From assembly GCF_036365525.1 (NCBI RefSeq), contig NW_027140532.1:1-64000 (forward strand): a stretch of 64,000 nt of DNA, given 5' to 3'. Positions 25,514 through 38,076 of this stretch are shown piece by piece (the first letter of the stretch is position 1; every line of letters starts with the position of its first letter). The position numbers and the translations under genes are program-made. The stretch is from Heterodontus francisci. Taxonomy: Eukaryota. The notes beneath the pieces are model-generated. The model was not told the origin of the DNA and did not search any database. It saw only the letters and a program-made list of their open reading frames with translations.

Positions 25514-25654
25514 TTTTCAAAGCTATTCGATGAGCTTTGCCCTGCCCTGGAGGACATTTTGGCACAGGGACACATGGGGATCATTACTGAGCTGGTCGCA
25601 GCCTGCGTGAAGCACAAAGAGAAGCAGCAGGCTATGCTGATGAGACTGTACCAG
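25514..25654 (+). CDS. NOP9: NOP9 exon 6
   Basis: LFDELCPALEDILAQGHMGIITELVAAC; ttag/gtaagg; 141 nt. Confidence 0.95.
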
Positions 25655-26488
25655 GTAAGGGCACAACCTGCTGTCCCCTGGGTGGGGGTGGAGACCTTGC
25701 TGGACTTATTAGGCACCAGCTCCCTTCCCGTCCCACCCCAGGTAGTCAGATTTAAATTTTACAACCCCAGCTGTTGCCAGGATATTCGACTGCATGGGGC
25801 CTCGTGAATGAACCCTGATCCCGTCCTTCCCTGGCACAGGTGTGCGCTGGAGTCACGAGGGGCAGATTTTCCTCTCTTTTCTGCCCCCCCCCCCCCCTCC
25901 AAGGGTGTGTTGTGGGGGGGGGGGCACTGAAAGCAATTGCAACTCAAGACCCATGCCCCCCCACCCCTTTGTAACCCACCCCGATCAGCTCAGATCTGGA
26001 ACCTGGGCTCTTCCACTGGCAGCCTAGTGGGCAAGCATTGCCAACTGGTGCGATGTGCAGCTGCCCAGGCCATCTTGCCAGCCTGAAACCCACTCATTTG
26101 TTAACCTCTTCCTCTGGAATGGGGTGTGGGCATCGCTGGCAAGGCCAGTATTTGCTGCCCGTCCCTAATTTCCCTGGGTGTCTTGCTCGGCCATTTCAGA
26201 GGGCAGTTAAGAGTCAAGCGCATTGCTGTGGGTCTGGAGTTACATGTAGGCCAGACCGGGTGAAGACAGCAGATTTCCTTCCCTAAAGGACGTTAGTGAG
26301 CCAGATGGGGTTTTACGACAGTCGCTGATAGTTTTGTGGCACAGATTATCAATTATTTGAATTTAAATTCCACCAGCTGCCGTGATGGGATTTGAACCGG
26401 GCTCCCCTGGGCTTTAGGCTGGGTGGCTAGTTCAGTGACATTACCGCTGCACCACCTCCTCCACTTGGCTCTGCTTTCTGCTCTTCAG

Positions 26489-26608
26489 GCTTTCCACTGC
26501 TACGAGCCTGCCTCACGGAGGCTGGCCTGCGTGCCTCTCGTCGTCTCTCTCCTGACCTACGAGGTTTTCTACAACCTGGACGGGGAGGACTCGACTACAG
26601 AGTACCAG
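26489..26608 (+). CDS. NOP9: NOP9 exon 7
   Basis: AFHCYEPASRRLACVPLVVSLLTYEVFY; ttcag/gtaaat; 120 nt. Confidence 0.96.
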
Positions 26609-27396
26609 GTAAATCGGGGACGGAGAGAGCGTCCTGGCACGCTGACCTGCAGGAACTGCGCCGCCCCCGCCCGAGGCTCGTGCACGCCACGTTCGGCAAC
26701 CAATCACGCATCCCGTTGAAGAAACTTCTCACCAGCTTGTTAATCTGGTTCTCTCTGCCTCCCCTCCTCCTTTTTATCCTCCTCGCACTGCCACCAGTAT
26801 CGGCAGAAAAACCTGCCCGCGTTGACCTTCAAAGGGGCAACCTTTTTGCTTCTTGTTTGAGGGCTCCAGAGGGTGAAAGGTCAGAGTTTGACCCATGACC
26901 TTGTTCTATTGCAGCAAGACCAGCGATGAAGGATAGCACTGGAGCCTACTGTTTGCACACTTTATACGCTTTTATTTACAGAGGTGCACATTGCAAGCAT
27001 GCATCTCCTTACCCGACAACCATATTTTGTCTGTTCCTATGTATGGGGCACAAGTGCATCCCCAGTTAATGCTCACGGCCTGCTGACAATTAATATACAA
27101 TTAACAGACCTCACCCAGACTCCTCCCTACAAAACATCAGGGCACGAAGTGACTGTCAGACCCTCTGCCTAGGTCTGGATTTGACCCCAGGTCCCAGAAG
27201 GTGAAAAGTCAGAGTTTGACCCGCGACCTCACCCAGTCCCCAATCAGAGAGAGAGAGGTGACCTTCCGACCCTCTGGGCCTTCCTCTGACCCCAGGTCCC
27301 GGAGGGTGAAAGGTCAGAGTTTGTCCCACTCAGTGCCCCTTGCGCTGTCCTGTCCGAGTCTCCCGCTAACCCGCTTTGTCTCTCCCGACTGCCCAG

Positions 27397-27627
27397 CCCT
27401 CCGAGGAGAAGCGCCTGGAGGCTGTCAGTTACCACGGCTCGCTGCTGATGCAGCACCTCCTCCACTTCGACGAGCCCGCCGCGGTGGTACGCAGCATGGC
27501 GGCCGTGTCGCAGGGTGACCACATCAGGCTGGCCTGTGACCAGGCGGGGAGTCACGTCTACGACGCCTTGTTAACCAGCAGCACCGTGTCAGGCAAGCAA
27601 AGGAGGAAGATCATCAGGAAGCTCACG
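27397..27627 (+). CDS. NOP9: NOP9 exon 8
   Basis: HGSLLMQHLLHF...AGSHVYDALLTS; ccag/gtgagg; 231 nt. Confidence 0.95.
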
Positions 27628-27662
27628 GTGAGGAGGAACCCCCAGGAGGAGTGGGCTATGAT

Positions 27663-27910
27663 AATAAATGGGTCAGAGGGGGTTAAGGAGGGTCCCGATC
27701 GAGGGTATAAAATATTAAATGGGACAGAGAGGGTTAAGGAGGGTCCCGATCGAGGGTGTAAAATATTAAATGGGACAGAGAGGGTTAAGGAGGGTCCCGA
27801 TCGAGGGTGTGAAATATTAAATGGGACAGAGGGGGTTAAGGAGGGACCCGATCGAGCGTGTAAAATATTAAATGGGACAGAGGGGGTTAAGGAGGGACCC
27901 AATCGAGGGA
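27663..27910. repeat. 51-bp minisatellite, ~5 copies, in NOP9 intron 8
   Basis: Unit AAATATTAAATGGGACAGAGAGGGTTAAGGAGGGTCCCGATCGAGGGTGTA. Confidence 0.92.
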
Positions 27911-28029
27911 TAGGAGGCAGCGGTTGAGTGAAGGTGAGCTCGCTGCAGTGGTTGGGTGACTGTGGAAGGTTCGGTCCCTGGCGTTCAATGCCCTAACCTC
28001 AGATGTGTGCCTCTGTTTTTTTTCCGCAG

Positions 28030-28135
28030 GGCCAGTTTGCCCAGTTGGCCTGTGACAAATATGGCAGCCGAGTCCTGGACCAGATCTGGAAATCTGTGCC
28101 GATCGGAATGAAACGGAGCATTGCCGAGGAGCTCG
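28030..28135 (+). CDS. NOP9: NOP9 exon 9
   Basis: GQFAQLACDKYGSRVLDQIW...IAEEL; gcag/gtgag. Confidence 0.95.
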
Positions 28136-28745
28136 GTGAGCAAATTTCCACCTTCTGAGCTTAGTTTTCGCTCTTGAGAGCGGTGCTTTTTTTTTTCCCC
28201 TCTCCCCGCTTTGTGGTGTCCCTCAGACTGTGGCAGTGACTCGAGGCTTGGAAAGGTTGGGCAGTGACCCCTCCCTGGGCCTCTAAATGAAGTGTGATCA
28301 CGGGGAGGGGAGATGTAGAGGGACCAGCTGGGCGGTGGGGGACAGACAGGAGGGGGGACCTGCTTCGAGGATCGGCAGTGGGGGAGAGAGAGGAAGAGGA
28401 ACCTGCTGGGAGGGCGGGGAAAGAGGAGGGACCTGCTGGGAGAGACCCTGGAATGGAGGTGAGGAAGGACCTGGGCTGAATGGTGGGAGGGCGTGAGAGG
28501 ACAGACCTGGTGAGGTGCGGGGTGGGCAGCGGGATACGGAGAGCTGGTTTGACGATCCCAGCTTGGGGTCGGGGCAGGGGGCTGTGGGGTGCCCACAGAG
28601 GGAAGAATGGCTTTGGAGCCCCCAAACTAGGGAATGGATCCTGTCTCCTTTATCCCGGTCCAGTGCCCCCACCCTCTCCTCCACCAAGAGCTGTCTGAAT
28701 CTCTCAGCTGGCCCCACCTCACCTCGCCTTTGTGTTGCTTTCCAG

Positions 28746-28903
28746 CTGGCAGAGAGCGCGAGCTGCAGAGTGACCCGATTGGCTGTTGGATCGCGCGGAA
28801 CTTTGCCCTGGCGCACTTTCAGAAGCGCCGGCGGCTGTGGGACGAGTATCAGGTGGCGGAGAGCAAGCGGAGGAAGATGTTCGCAGAGCTGCTGGAGGAC
28901 TGA
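28746..28903 (+). CDS. NOP9: NOP9 exon 10 (stop); total CDS 1791 nt, 596 aa
   Basis: ELQSDPIGCWIARNFALAHFQKRRRLW...KRRKMFAELLED* resembles the human C-terminus (...LNSILED). Confidence 0.96.
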
Positions 28904-28907
28904 TGGA

Positions 28908-29752
28908 GGGGTGGTGGAAAGGCCGAGGGAGGGAGCTCAGCGAGCATTGCCCTCCTGAGTCGGCCCGCTGGAGCCCGTGCCGCCATCTTTGCGCCCTCGA
29001 TAGACCCGACCTGTCGCCACCGGATTTAAACGCGTCGTTCAGAAGAGGCGGAATTTTAATCCCGCCTTCACTCCGCGCGTGGGGGCTCCTTCACGTCACG
29101 TTTCCCAGTGTCAAAGGCAGCAGCAACTGATGAGAGAGAGAGAGAGACAGTCATTTCCTGCCGGTGTCTTCAGACCAATAGAAACCCGGCCTCTCCCCGA
29201 GGGCAGGATCCCGAGGATTTACCAGCAGCCGCCAACCTACGCCGACGTGGCCTGGCGATTAATCTCTAGCTGACCTTGTTCAGACCGCGTCCCCGCTCAC
29301 AGGGCCTGGCCAGTGGACTCAAAGGGGCAGGCCTGGCTAAACGCAGCTCCACCTTCACAGCTAAACATGACCGTGGTGCAGACTTCTCCCGAGCAATGCC
29401 ACTGGAGGTCAGTCTCTAATGCAGCCCCTCCCCAGGATCTGCACTGGAATTAAAGGGGCGGTGCCCTCTCCACATTGACAGTTGAACACGGCACGTGCTG
29501 AAATATCGCAGGATTTGTTCCAGGGTTTTGGTTATAAAATATCACCCAGCTGAGGCCGCGTTCCATCGGGAATGTTTTATTATCTGATCAGAGTGGGTAA
29601 ATTGTACAATAAAGGTTTTCATTGATATACACAGGGAGACAGACCATGATTGGCTAAGCCAAGGTAATGTTGTTTTGATATAAACACCTTGTCACATTTC
29701 TCAGGAACATCCCAACAAACCGCACAGCCAATACAAATACCTTGAAACACAG
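28908..29752 (+). repeat. Left copy of ~0.83 kb inverted duplication (NOP9 3'UTR + truncated SINE end)
   Basis: Reverse complement aligns to 49731-50550. Confidence 0.95.
29608..29613 (+). terminator. NOP9 polyadenylation signal AATAAA (antisense AATAAA at 29576-29581)
   Basis: TGTACAATAAAGG, ~700 nt after the stop, with a UGUA element immediately upstream. Confidence 0.75.
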
Positions 29753-30076
29753 GACTAAATTTTACCAGCCCCTCGATGCTGGGGGTCGCGGCGCTGGGCC
29801 CAATAAAATTGTGTGGGGAGAGGCCTGACTCGACCTGCAACGTCGAGAAGAGCCCACTGCATATTAGCAACGATGGGGGGGGGGGGGATCTGCAGTGCGG
29901 CCGGCCCTACATTTACATATGCAAATTGCACTAAATGAGATGCAAATAAACTTACCTGCAGATGGCAAAGGAGTTCCGAGGTGGGAACCTGGTGGTGGGG
30001 GGGGGGGAGAAGAATAAAATTTTCAGGGCAGGAGGGGTGGGGGAGAGGGGAAAACAATTTATATTGGATGTGGGAA

Positions 30077-30576
30077 TGATGGTGCCCGGTATCCAAAAAC
30101 GCTTCAAGAGTCAGATGTCTTGTACAAACGAGCGATCTTTATTTATGAGCATGCGAGAAGTCCTACTCTCACGAATGATCGTAGGGGTTCTGCCAGTACA
30201 TTGTTCCAGTCGTCTTTTTATACAGCTTTACAGGAGGTTTACGTGATCAACTGTTTCTCAATTACATCATCTCCCGTCTATTGCCTTCCCTGATCTCATC
30301 CCGCCGGCTTAGGCGGAGCAGGCCCGAAAGAGGAGTTGAGGCCTGGGACGGATCAGCCATGATCTTATTAAATGGCGGGGCTGAATGGCCTACTCCTGCT
30401 CCTATTTCCTATGCCTTGGTGATAATATTCACCTCGTCAACCTCTTAATTACCCTATTCATAGGATTCGGGTGTCTCCCTCCTGAGCTCCTTACCTTTTG
30501 ATTAGGTGTTCATATAATTTGTGTATCTAGCAGGCAAGCTTTCTCAAGTTACTGGGACCTAAGTTACGCCACTTCA
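30077..30576 (-). mobile_element. 3' LTR of an endogenous LTR retroelement (small CR1 tail nested at ~30330-30412)
   Basis: On the minus strand: PPT AGGGGCAAAAGGGGGGAC (30577-30594), then TG start, TATAAAA (30216-30222), AATAAA (30138-30143), CA end ~30077. Confidence 0.7.
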
Positions 30577-30689
30577 GTCCCCCCTTTTGCCCCTAGGCTA
30601 CTAGCAAGATGGCCAACTAACGCAAAGTGCTCCTTGCTCCATCGCTGTTGGCCAGACTGGTGGTTAGATTTGCGTAGTTACATTTTCTA

Positions 30690-31460
30690 AATTATGTCTA
30701 ACACCTCAATTTAGGTGCCAGGATACAACATTCAACCATAAGTCCGATAGCAATTAGCAACGGCACCGACACCAGTACATAGGAATCAATTCTAATCCAG
30801 GGGTGAACATCCACCCTAATACCCCAGTCCCAAACCACCTCCCATCATGATACGTCCTCCAGTTCAGCTACCACATCATCTCCCAGTTGCCTGACCTCCT
30901 GTTGGATGCGGTGATACTGCTTCATTGGTTTCTGGGCCACTTCCCTCACCTTCAGTAGATCTTCCACCGGTTTAGAGATTCACATCCCCTCGGGAAGCAG
31001 GTATCTCAACAAGTCCTCCAGGAGATCATCGGTTCTGCTCATCCACTCCCTACGGGGAGGCCGGATGTGAGTTATCGCCAAATGTCCGATTGTCGATGGG
31101 GCCCGGCGGGTGGAAGCAGAAACTCGAGTTGATCACTGGGCGGCGGTGGATGTTACCGTACTGGTACTGAGGCACGCTGGTGGTCACGCAGTATTCCCTT
31201 TCTCCACGATGCGCCACCTGCGTCGGTTCATGGCGGGCATTGGAAATTTCAAGGGTACAGTTTAGGGTGGTATTAAAACCATGCGCGGCTCTCTTCCCTA
31301 TCCCTTTGGGATGTGGACAGACAACAATATTCCCTACACCCAGCCAGCAAGATCCCGATAGGAGGGAATCTCTCTGGGTCCCGTATTGGGTGCAAGGCAG
31401 TACATTGGCCAATTGCTGTCTCCCATGATCCCTGTATTCTGTACCCCGAGAAGGGTTTGG
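30690..31460 (-). pseudogene. Decayed viral envelope/fusion glycoprotein C-terminal half
   Basis: Cys-rich ectodomain (ORF 31050..31412); after a frameshift: heptad YHRIQQEVRQLGDDVVAELEDV, Trp-rich S*WEVVWDWG, TM YVLVSVPLLIAIGLMVECCIL; lies just upstream of PPT/LTR. Confidence 0.7.
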
Positions 31461-34089
31461 ATGCCCCTGCTTCTTTAATGTTTTGCTCGCATGTTGTTTA
31501 AATTCAAATCGAACTTAAAATTCCATTGAAACATTGCTTTGCTCAGTCTGATTTAGAAGTCATCAAGCTCATTGTAGCTGACAGCTGTAATTCATTAATA
31601 AATACCGACTGGCTCGACACAATTATTCTAGCAATTAATTTTTTTAAAAATTAAGAGTTACAATTGAATCAGTGAATCTGGCTGTGCAGTTCAGCCACGA
31701 AGCTAGCCAATGTGTTCATGTACGCTTAATGGAGTCTAACAACCCCTCTCGTTCAGGATAAAGCCTGGCTCGGGTATAAAATTAAAACCCTACCCGGGCC
31801 CGAGTCCTTTCATTTCTTTTCATGCCCGACCCGACCCGAAAATATCGAGCATATTATTGAAACAGAAAAAAAAAAAATTGTGGATTAAGAAGAAAACAAT
31901 ACCACCAGCGAATGGGAATGGGAATTAGTAGTGGAATTGGGAAATGGACATCAGTGGTACTGCTTCAGAGCGTTCCCAAACTCTGCTAGGGTGTCTAAGG
32001 TAGACAAGTCAACAACAAGTGTGAGGATGAGCCACCCACATTACTCTTGCATTAACAGACAGTTCAGGAACCCAGACATGGTGCTGTCGGACAGCACAAC
32101 CAACTTGTCTGTTTTAGATCCTCTGCTACTTTGTCTACAATATTGAGGAAGGAATTATTTGTAGCATTTGTTGCATTCGGGTGTCTTTACAATTTGAGTA
32201 GACACAGAGGGAAATTTCTAGTTTACAAACTTGTGGAAATGACGCAGGAAGACTAGCTGGCCCCATCAAGACTGCCCCACAGCAAGCTAACTGGTCCGTC
32301 ATGGCTAAACACTTCTTCCCTCTCCCTAACTCGCATCTAAATCTACCAGGAGTGACAGAAAACAAAAACCCTGGGCCAATGTGCAGAAAAAAACTCAGTA
32401 ACTGTCCTCGGCATCGCCCTGCTGCCCTGGGAGTTGAAAACCTGTCCAGGAGATTACACGGACCACGCATCACCTATAAAGAGAACTTGCCTTCGATATG
32501 ACGCAATCTTTCTCAGTCAGGAACTGATCGAGCTCCCTCTTGAAGCCGCTGAGAAAGTCAGCACCCACCACACCAGCTAACAATGTATTCCAGAGGCTCT
32601 GCATTCTCTGGGAAAAGAACCACCTAACATCCTGTCTATTCCTACGCGTACGTGGCTTAATATTTTTTTTTAAAGTTAAGCTCAGATTGTTTTCTCTCTC
32701 TAATGTTACTTGTCTGCTGCTGTGAAACAATCTGTTGGAAAGTAATGGGGAAAAGTCTTGCTTTTGAAAATCAACATTACTTCTACAGACATTATAACTT
32801 GTTTGAAATTACTTACATTTGATGGGAAAATATTGCATTAATAATGCTACACTGTTTAATGTCTTCAAAATGGTTTTGACATGAACCGAAGTTTCTCGAG
32901 ATAACCAACTCTCTATTCACTCCCATGGAATAGAACACCAGCCCTTTGGGATCAGAGGAATACTTCATTCAAGGAACACAAGCTATTAGGTTGACTAATA
33001 TAGACTGTAACAGTAAATTACTATGCCAAGGTGTTTTAATTCATTACTGTGGAAGATTTAGAATTTATACATGGATGGCCAGTAGTGATTATTCAAACCC
33101 TCCCCCATATATATGAAAAAAACAGTATACACAATGTCAATTAACGTCTAGAATACATACACTAAATATTGTTTCCACATATTTACATTTTTTAATATTT
33201 GCATTTGAAACACTGCATTATCAAAACTTAGTTAACTTGAGTATAAGTTAGTCTCTCACCCCCTCAGGAATGAGAATTAAGTAAGTTAGATCCTGTGTTT
33301 TAGTTTATCTCATAATTCCTGGTGGACTTTGTCCACAAGACCCATTGATGTGGTCATTGACACTCACTCTCAATCATAATTTGGCAGCTTTCCAGATGTA
33401 CTTCACACAACAGTTTACAACGTGACTTCCTACATAAACAATCCCATCATGGAATTCCCTGGTAGACTAATTTTTTTTTTGTCCTCTTTCAAGATCTAAT
33501 TCTTGAAATTTCTTTTTTAAAGCCAAGACAAATCATCAAGATGCTTACAACCAGGGCGATCCGGGCAGGACACCGCAGTTATTTTTCCCAGTCTGTACTT
33601 GCAATGTTAAAACAAACAAGTTCATAAATTATATTTTAAGCATGTGTTATGTATAAAATGAGACATTAGTGTTCCTTTAGAGGCTAATTTTAACTCGCAT
33701 GACTGTGACACATATCTAGTAAATTTCATATCATTTTGGCAGCCACTATAACTGAAATATAAATCTATCCCTGGATTTCCTTTGGGCAGAGAAGGCAGCC
33801 TCTAATTTGTGTTATTGAATTTCATATTCTAAAGTCATTTTAAATACCATTGCCTTAGAAATGTAATTCACAAAAATTTCCAGACTTAAAACCAGTCTGG
33901 AAAAATAAGACCTGTGTTCACATTTTAAAATGTTTTCTTAAAAATCATAAACAGTGAAAAGCTTGCTTTAAAAATGTCACACTTAAGTTTTAATACGTAA
34001 GATGTATTTATATTGGGGTTTTCACATAAGCGGACAGGACAAGTGGCACCAAGACTGCCAAAGCTAAACAGTACAGTCCAGCCCGACCC

Positions 34090-34980
34090 GAGCTCATCTA
34101 AATACTTCTTAAATGTTGTGATGGTTCCTGCCTCTACCACCCCTTCAGGCAGTGTGTTCCAGATTCCAGACACCCTCTGGGTGAAATTTTTTTTCCTCAA
34201 ATCCCCTCTAAACCTCCTGCCCCTTACCTTAAATCTATGCCCCCTGGTTATTGACCCCTCTGCTAAGGGAAAAAGTTTCTTCCTATCTCACCTATCAATG
34301 CCCCTCATAATTTTGTACACCTCAATCAGGTCCCCCCTCAGCCTTCTCCGCTCTAAGGAAAACAACCCGAGCCTTTTCAGTCTCTCTTCATAGCTGAAAG
34401 CTCCAGCCCAGGCAACATCCTGGTGAATCTCCTCTGCACCCTCTCCAGTGCAATCACATCCTTCCTATAGTGTGGTGACCAGAACTGTACACAGTACTCC
34501 AGCTGTGGCCTAACTAGCGTTTTATACAGCTCCATCATAACCTCCCTGCTCTTATATTCTATGCCTCGACTAATAAAGGCAAGTATCCCATATGCCTTCC
34601 TAACCCCCTTATCTACCTGTGCTGCTGCTTTCAGTGATCTATGGACAAGTACACCAAGGTCCCTCTGACCCTCTGTACTTCCGAGGGTCCTACCATCCAT
34701 TGTATATTCCCTTGCCTTGTTAGTCCTCCCAAAATGTATCACCTCACACTTCTCAGGATTAAATTCCATTTGCCACTGCTCCGTCCATCTTACCAGCCCA
34801 TCTATATCGTCCTGTAATCCAAGGCTTTCCTCCTCACTATTTACGACACCACCAATTTTCGTGTCGTCTGCGAACTTACTGATTCATACCTCCTATATTC
34901 ACGTCTAAATCATTAATGTACATTACAACAGCAAGGGTCCCAGCACCAGATTCCTTGCGGTACACCACTGGTCACAGGCC
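34090..34980 (-). mobile_element. CR1 LINE RT 3' half
   Basis: MEFNPEKCEVIHFGR...[24 protein letters not shown]. Confidence 0.9.
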
Positions 34981-35059
34981 TCACGAATGATTGTAGGGGC
35001 TTTGCCAGTACATTGTTCCAGTCGTCATTTTATACAGTTTTACAGGAGGTTTACTTGAT
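34981..35059 (-). mobile_element. Remnant of a second LTR copy (direct repeat of ~30168-30247)
   Basis: TCACGAATGA(T/C)...GCCAGTACATTGTTCCAGTCGTC...TATACAG...ACAGGAGGTTTAC shared in the same orientation. Confidence 0.7.
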
Positions 35060-36209
35060 AAACAAAGAGCAATCAGCCGAATGACCCAGTTTATCAATTT
35101 TTTTTTTCCCAGTCATGTTAGTTGAGGGATAACTATTGGCCACAGGACACCGGGAGAACTCACCCGATGGGTTTCATGTCCGTCTATCTTTACCGGTGGC
35201 AGGACGTATTGAGAGAGTGGTTAGTAAAGCGTATGGGTTGATGTATTTTTTTTTGTCACCGTCCGCAGAGCAGGGGCTGTACAAATCTGTGGGGGAGAAA
35301 CTGGCTGCTCAGTCTGATCCGTTCCTTCCATGGCAACACGCACCTCCCTGTGCAGTTTGATGGCTCCACGTCCGATCGATTCAGGGTGAAACAGGGTTGT
35401 GTCCTAGCCCCCCCCCCCAACTCGGCTTCTTCTCCATACTCCTGACCTTCGCCTTCCCTGCAGATATAGAGAGAGTCTACATGCACACGAGGTCAGACAG
35501 CAAACTCGATACAATCCCTCAAGGCTGAAAACGAAGACAAAAAAAAAATCACATCCTTTCCCTTAAATACGTCTGTACTATATGTTTATCCAGCTTCCCC
35601 TTTGAATGCCATTCACCCCCAACCATCCTCTATGGTCGCGAGTTCCACATTCTCGCCACACTCTGGGTAAATACGTTTCTCCTGAATCCCCTGTTGGATT
35701 TATCAATGTCTCTCTCATATTTATGGCACATCGTTTCGGACTCGCTGGCGAGTGAAAAGACACCTTCTCTCCGTCTACCCTGTCGAAACCTTTCGTTCTT
35801 TTAAAGAGCTCCATTCTGTCACCCTCCCCATCCTCCCATTTCCAGAAATGCTCAGGGTGAAACTGGGAGACAAAATGAAATGCGCGCAGGAGCCCGTGAA
35901 GTTGCCGCCCGCCTGCCCGCCCACTGATGTTACTCTTCGTGCGTAGAAGGACGGTTAAATGTTTTTAAAAACAAAGTCAAATCAACGGTCCTGGAAGACA
36001 ATTCCACCCCCGCCCCACCCCACTCTCCGGCTGGCGCTACTGAAATGTGATTTAAAGAGTGCATTGTTTACAAATGCACGGGTTTAGAAGAGTGGGACGA
36101 GGGTGTAACCGGGGTAGGTGAGGTCTCAGTGCCACCTGCAGACTGTGCGGGGCAGCGCACTGATTTAAAGCGACACAGGAGACTGCTGACCAGCATCCAG
36201 GGGGATTGG

Positions 36210-37165
36210 ACATACAAATTAGGAGGAGGAGGAGGCCACTCGGCCCCTCGAGCCTGCTATCCCATTCAACAAGATCATGGCTGATCTGATTGTAACCTCA
36301 ACTCCACATTCCCACCTACCCCCGATAACCTTTCACCCACCCCCCTTGCTTATCAAGAATCTATCTACTTCTGCCGTAAAAATATTCAAAGACTCTGCTT
36401 CCGCCGCCTTTTGAGGAAGAGAATTCCAAAGACTCACGACCCTCTGAGAGAAAAAATTTCTCCTCATCTCTGTCTGAAATGGGCGACCCCTTATTTTTAA
36501 ACAGTGACCCCTAGTTCGAGATTCTCCCACAAGGGGGAAACATCCTTTCCACATCCACCCTGTCAAGACCCCTCAAGATCTTATATGTTTCAATCAAGTC
36601 GCCTCTTACTCTTCGAAACTCCAGCGGATACAAGCCTAGCCTGTCCAATCTTTCCTCATAAGACAACCCACCCATTCCAGGTATTAATCTAGTAAACCTT
36701 CTCTGCACTGCCTCCAACACATTTACATCCTTCCTTAAATAAGGAGACCAGTACTGTACACAGTACTCCAGATGTGGTCTCACCAATGCCCTGTATAACT
36801 GAAGCATAACCTCCCTACTTTTTTATTCAATTCCCCTCGCAATAAATGATAACATTCTATTAGCTTTCCTAATTACTTGCTGTACCTGCATACTAACCTT
36901 TTGTGATTCATGCACTAGGACACCCAGATCCCTCTACATCTCAGAGCTCTGCAATCTCTCACCATTTAGATAATATGCTTTTTTATTCTTCCTGTCAAAA
37001 TGGACGTTTTCCCACATTATGCTCCATTTGCCAGGTCTTTGTCCACTCACTTAACCTATCTCTATCCCTTTGTAACCCCCTTATGTCCTCTTCACAACCT
37101 ACTTTCCTACCTATCTTTGTGTCATCAGCAGATTTAGCAACCATACCTTCGGTCCCTTCATCCCG
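36210..37165 (-). mobile_element. CR1 LINE 3' portion (same subfamily as 7527-7985 and 55880-56780)
   Basis: [27 protein letters not shown]...GMGGLSYEERLDRLGLYPLEFRRVRGD. Confidence 0.9.
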
Positions 37166-37930
37166 GTCAGGGTGGGGAGGAGTGATTTGTGGATCTGCGT
37201 TTTAACCAGATTTATTTTTGTTTCAAACGGTCTGACCTTTGGAGCACTCCCTCTGTTTGGGTGAAATGATCGGGGGATGAGGGGGGTTCCTTTGCACAAG
37301 CAACGCTGGGAATTGCAGTCGCACTCTTCCTGCTCTGTTGTAGGCCCCACGCCTGCATTTATATAGCACCTGTCCCGGCCACCAGCCATCCCAAAGCGTT
37401 TTACAGCCAGTGGCATACTTTGTTTTTTTGAAGTGCTGTAATGTCGGAAACGGGGCTGCCAACTTGTGCACAGCAAGCTCCCACAAACAGCACCGCGATA
37501 ATGAGCTAGGGAACCTGTTTCTGTCATGATGGTTGAAGGATATATATCAGCCGTGGGACAAACCAGGGAGCACTCCCCCCCCACTTCTCTTTGTCATCGC
37601 ACCTTGGGATCTCTTGCGTCCACCCGCGAGGGCAGACGGGGGCCCCTTGGTTTAACGTCTTGTCCGAAAGATGGCGCCTGCGACAGCGGGCAGCGGTTCC
37701 TCGGTACCGGGATCGTCAGTCCTGGTTCCTCGGTACCAGGATCGTCAGTCCTGGTTTGTTGCCCTCAAGTCCTGGAATGAGATTTGAATGCAGAACCCCG
37801 TGACTCAGAGATACGAGACACAGCCTCATCTAATCAGCTAATCGGCGTGTGGAGGGAGGGGGAAGGGGACACTGGTCTGATGACGTTTATCCCCTGTAAT
37901 CTCGGCCCAGACTACTCAGAGGATTTTACT

Positions 37931-38076
37931 TGGACTTTGCACCCCCTTGTGACAGGCTCAGAGTTCAGAAACTCTCTCTCTCTCGTTCTGCCTGCCTTCA
38001 CTCTAACTTGTCCGCCGTGATTTAATCAACAAATTCCTACCTCATCCAGAGACGACACCGCCGGGGTCAAAGTCTG
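37931..38076. promoter_or_regulatory. Candidate HNF4/DR1 sites upstream of the CIDEB ATG
   Basis: TGGACTTTGCACC (37931-37943; rc GGTGCAAAGTCCA) and GGGTCAAAGTCTG (38064-38076). Confidence 0.45.

Noticed and set aside
27628-27927. Repetitive C-terminal extension of ORF 27376..27927 (KILNGTERVKEGPDRG)
   Set aside because: Read-through past the NOP9 exon 8 donor into an intronic 51-bp VNTR
31500-34080. gag/pol or hidden exons between the two LTR copies
   Set aside because: AT-rich, with no retroviral motifs or convincing exons recognised; only small repeat fragments
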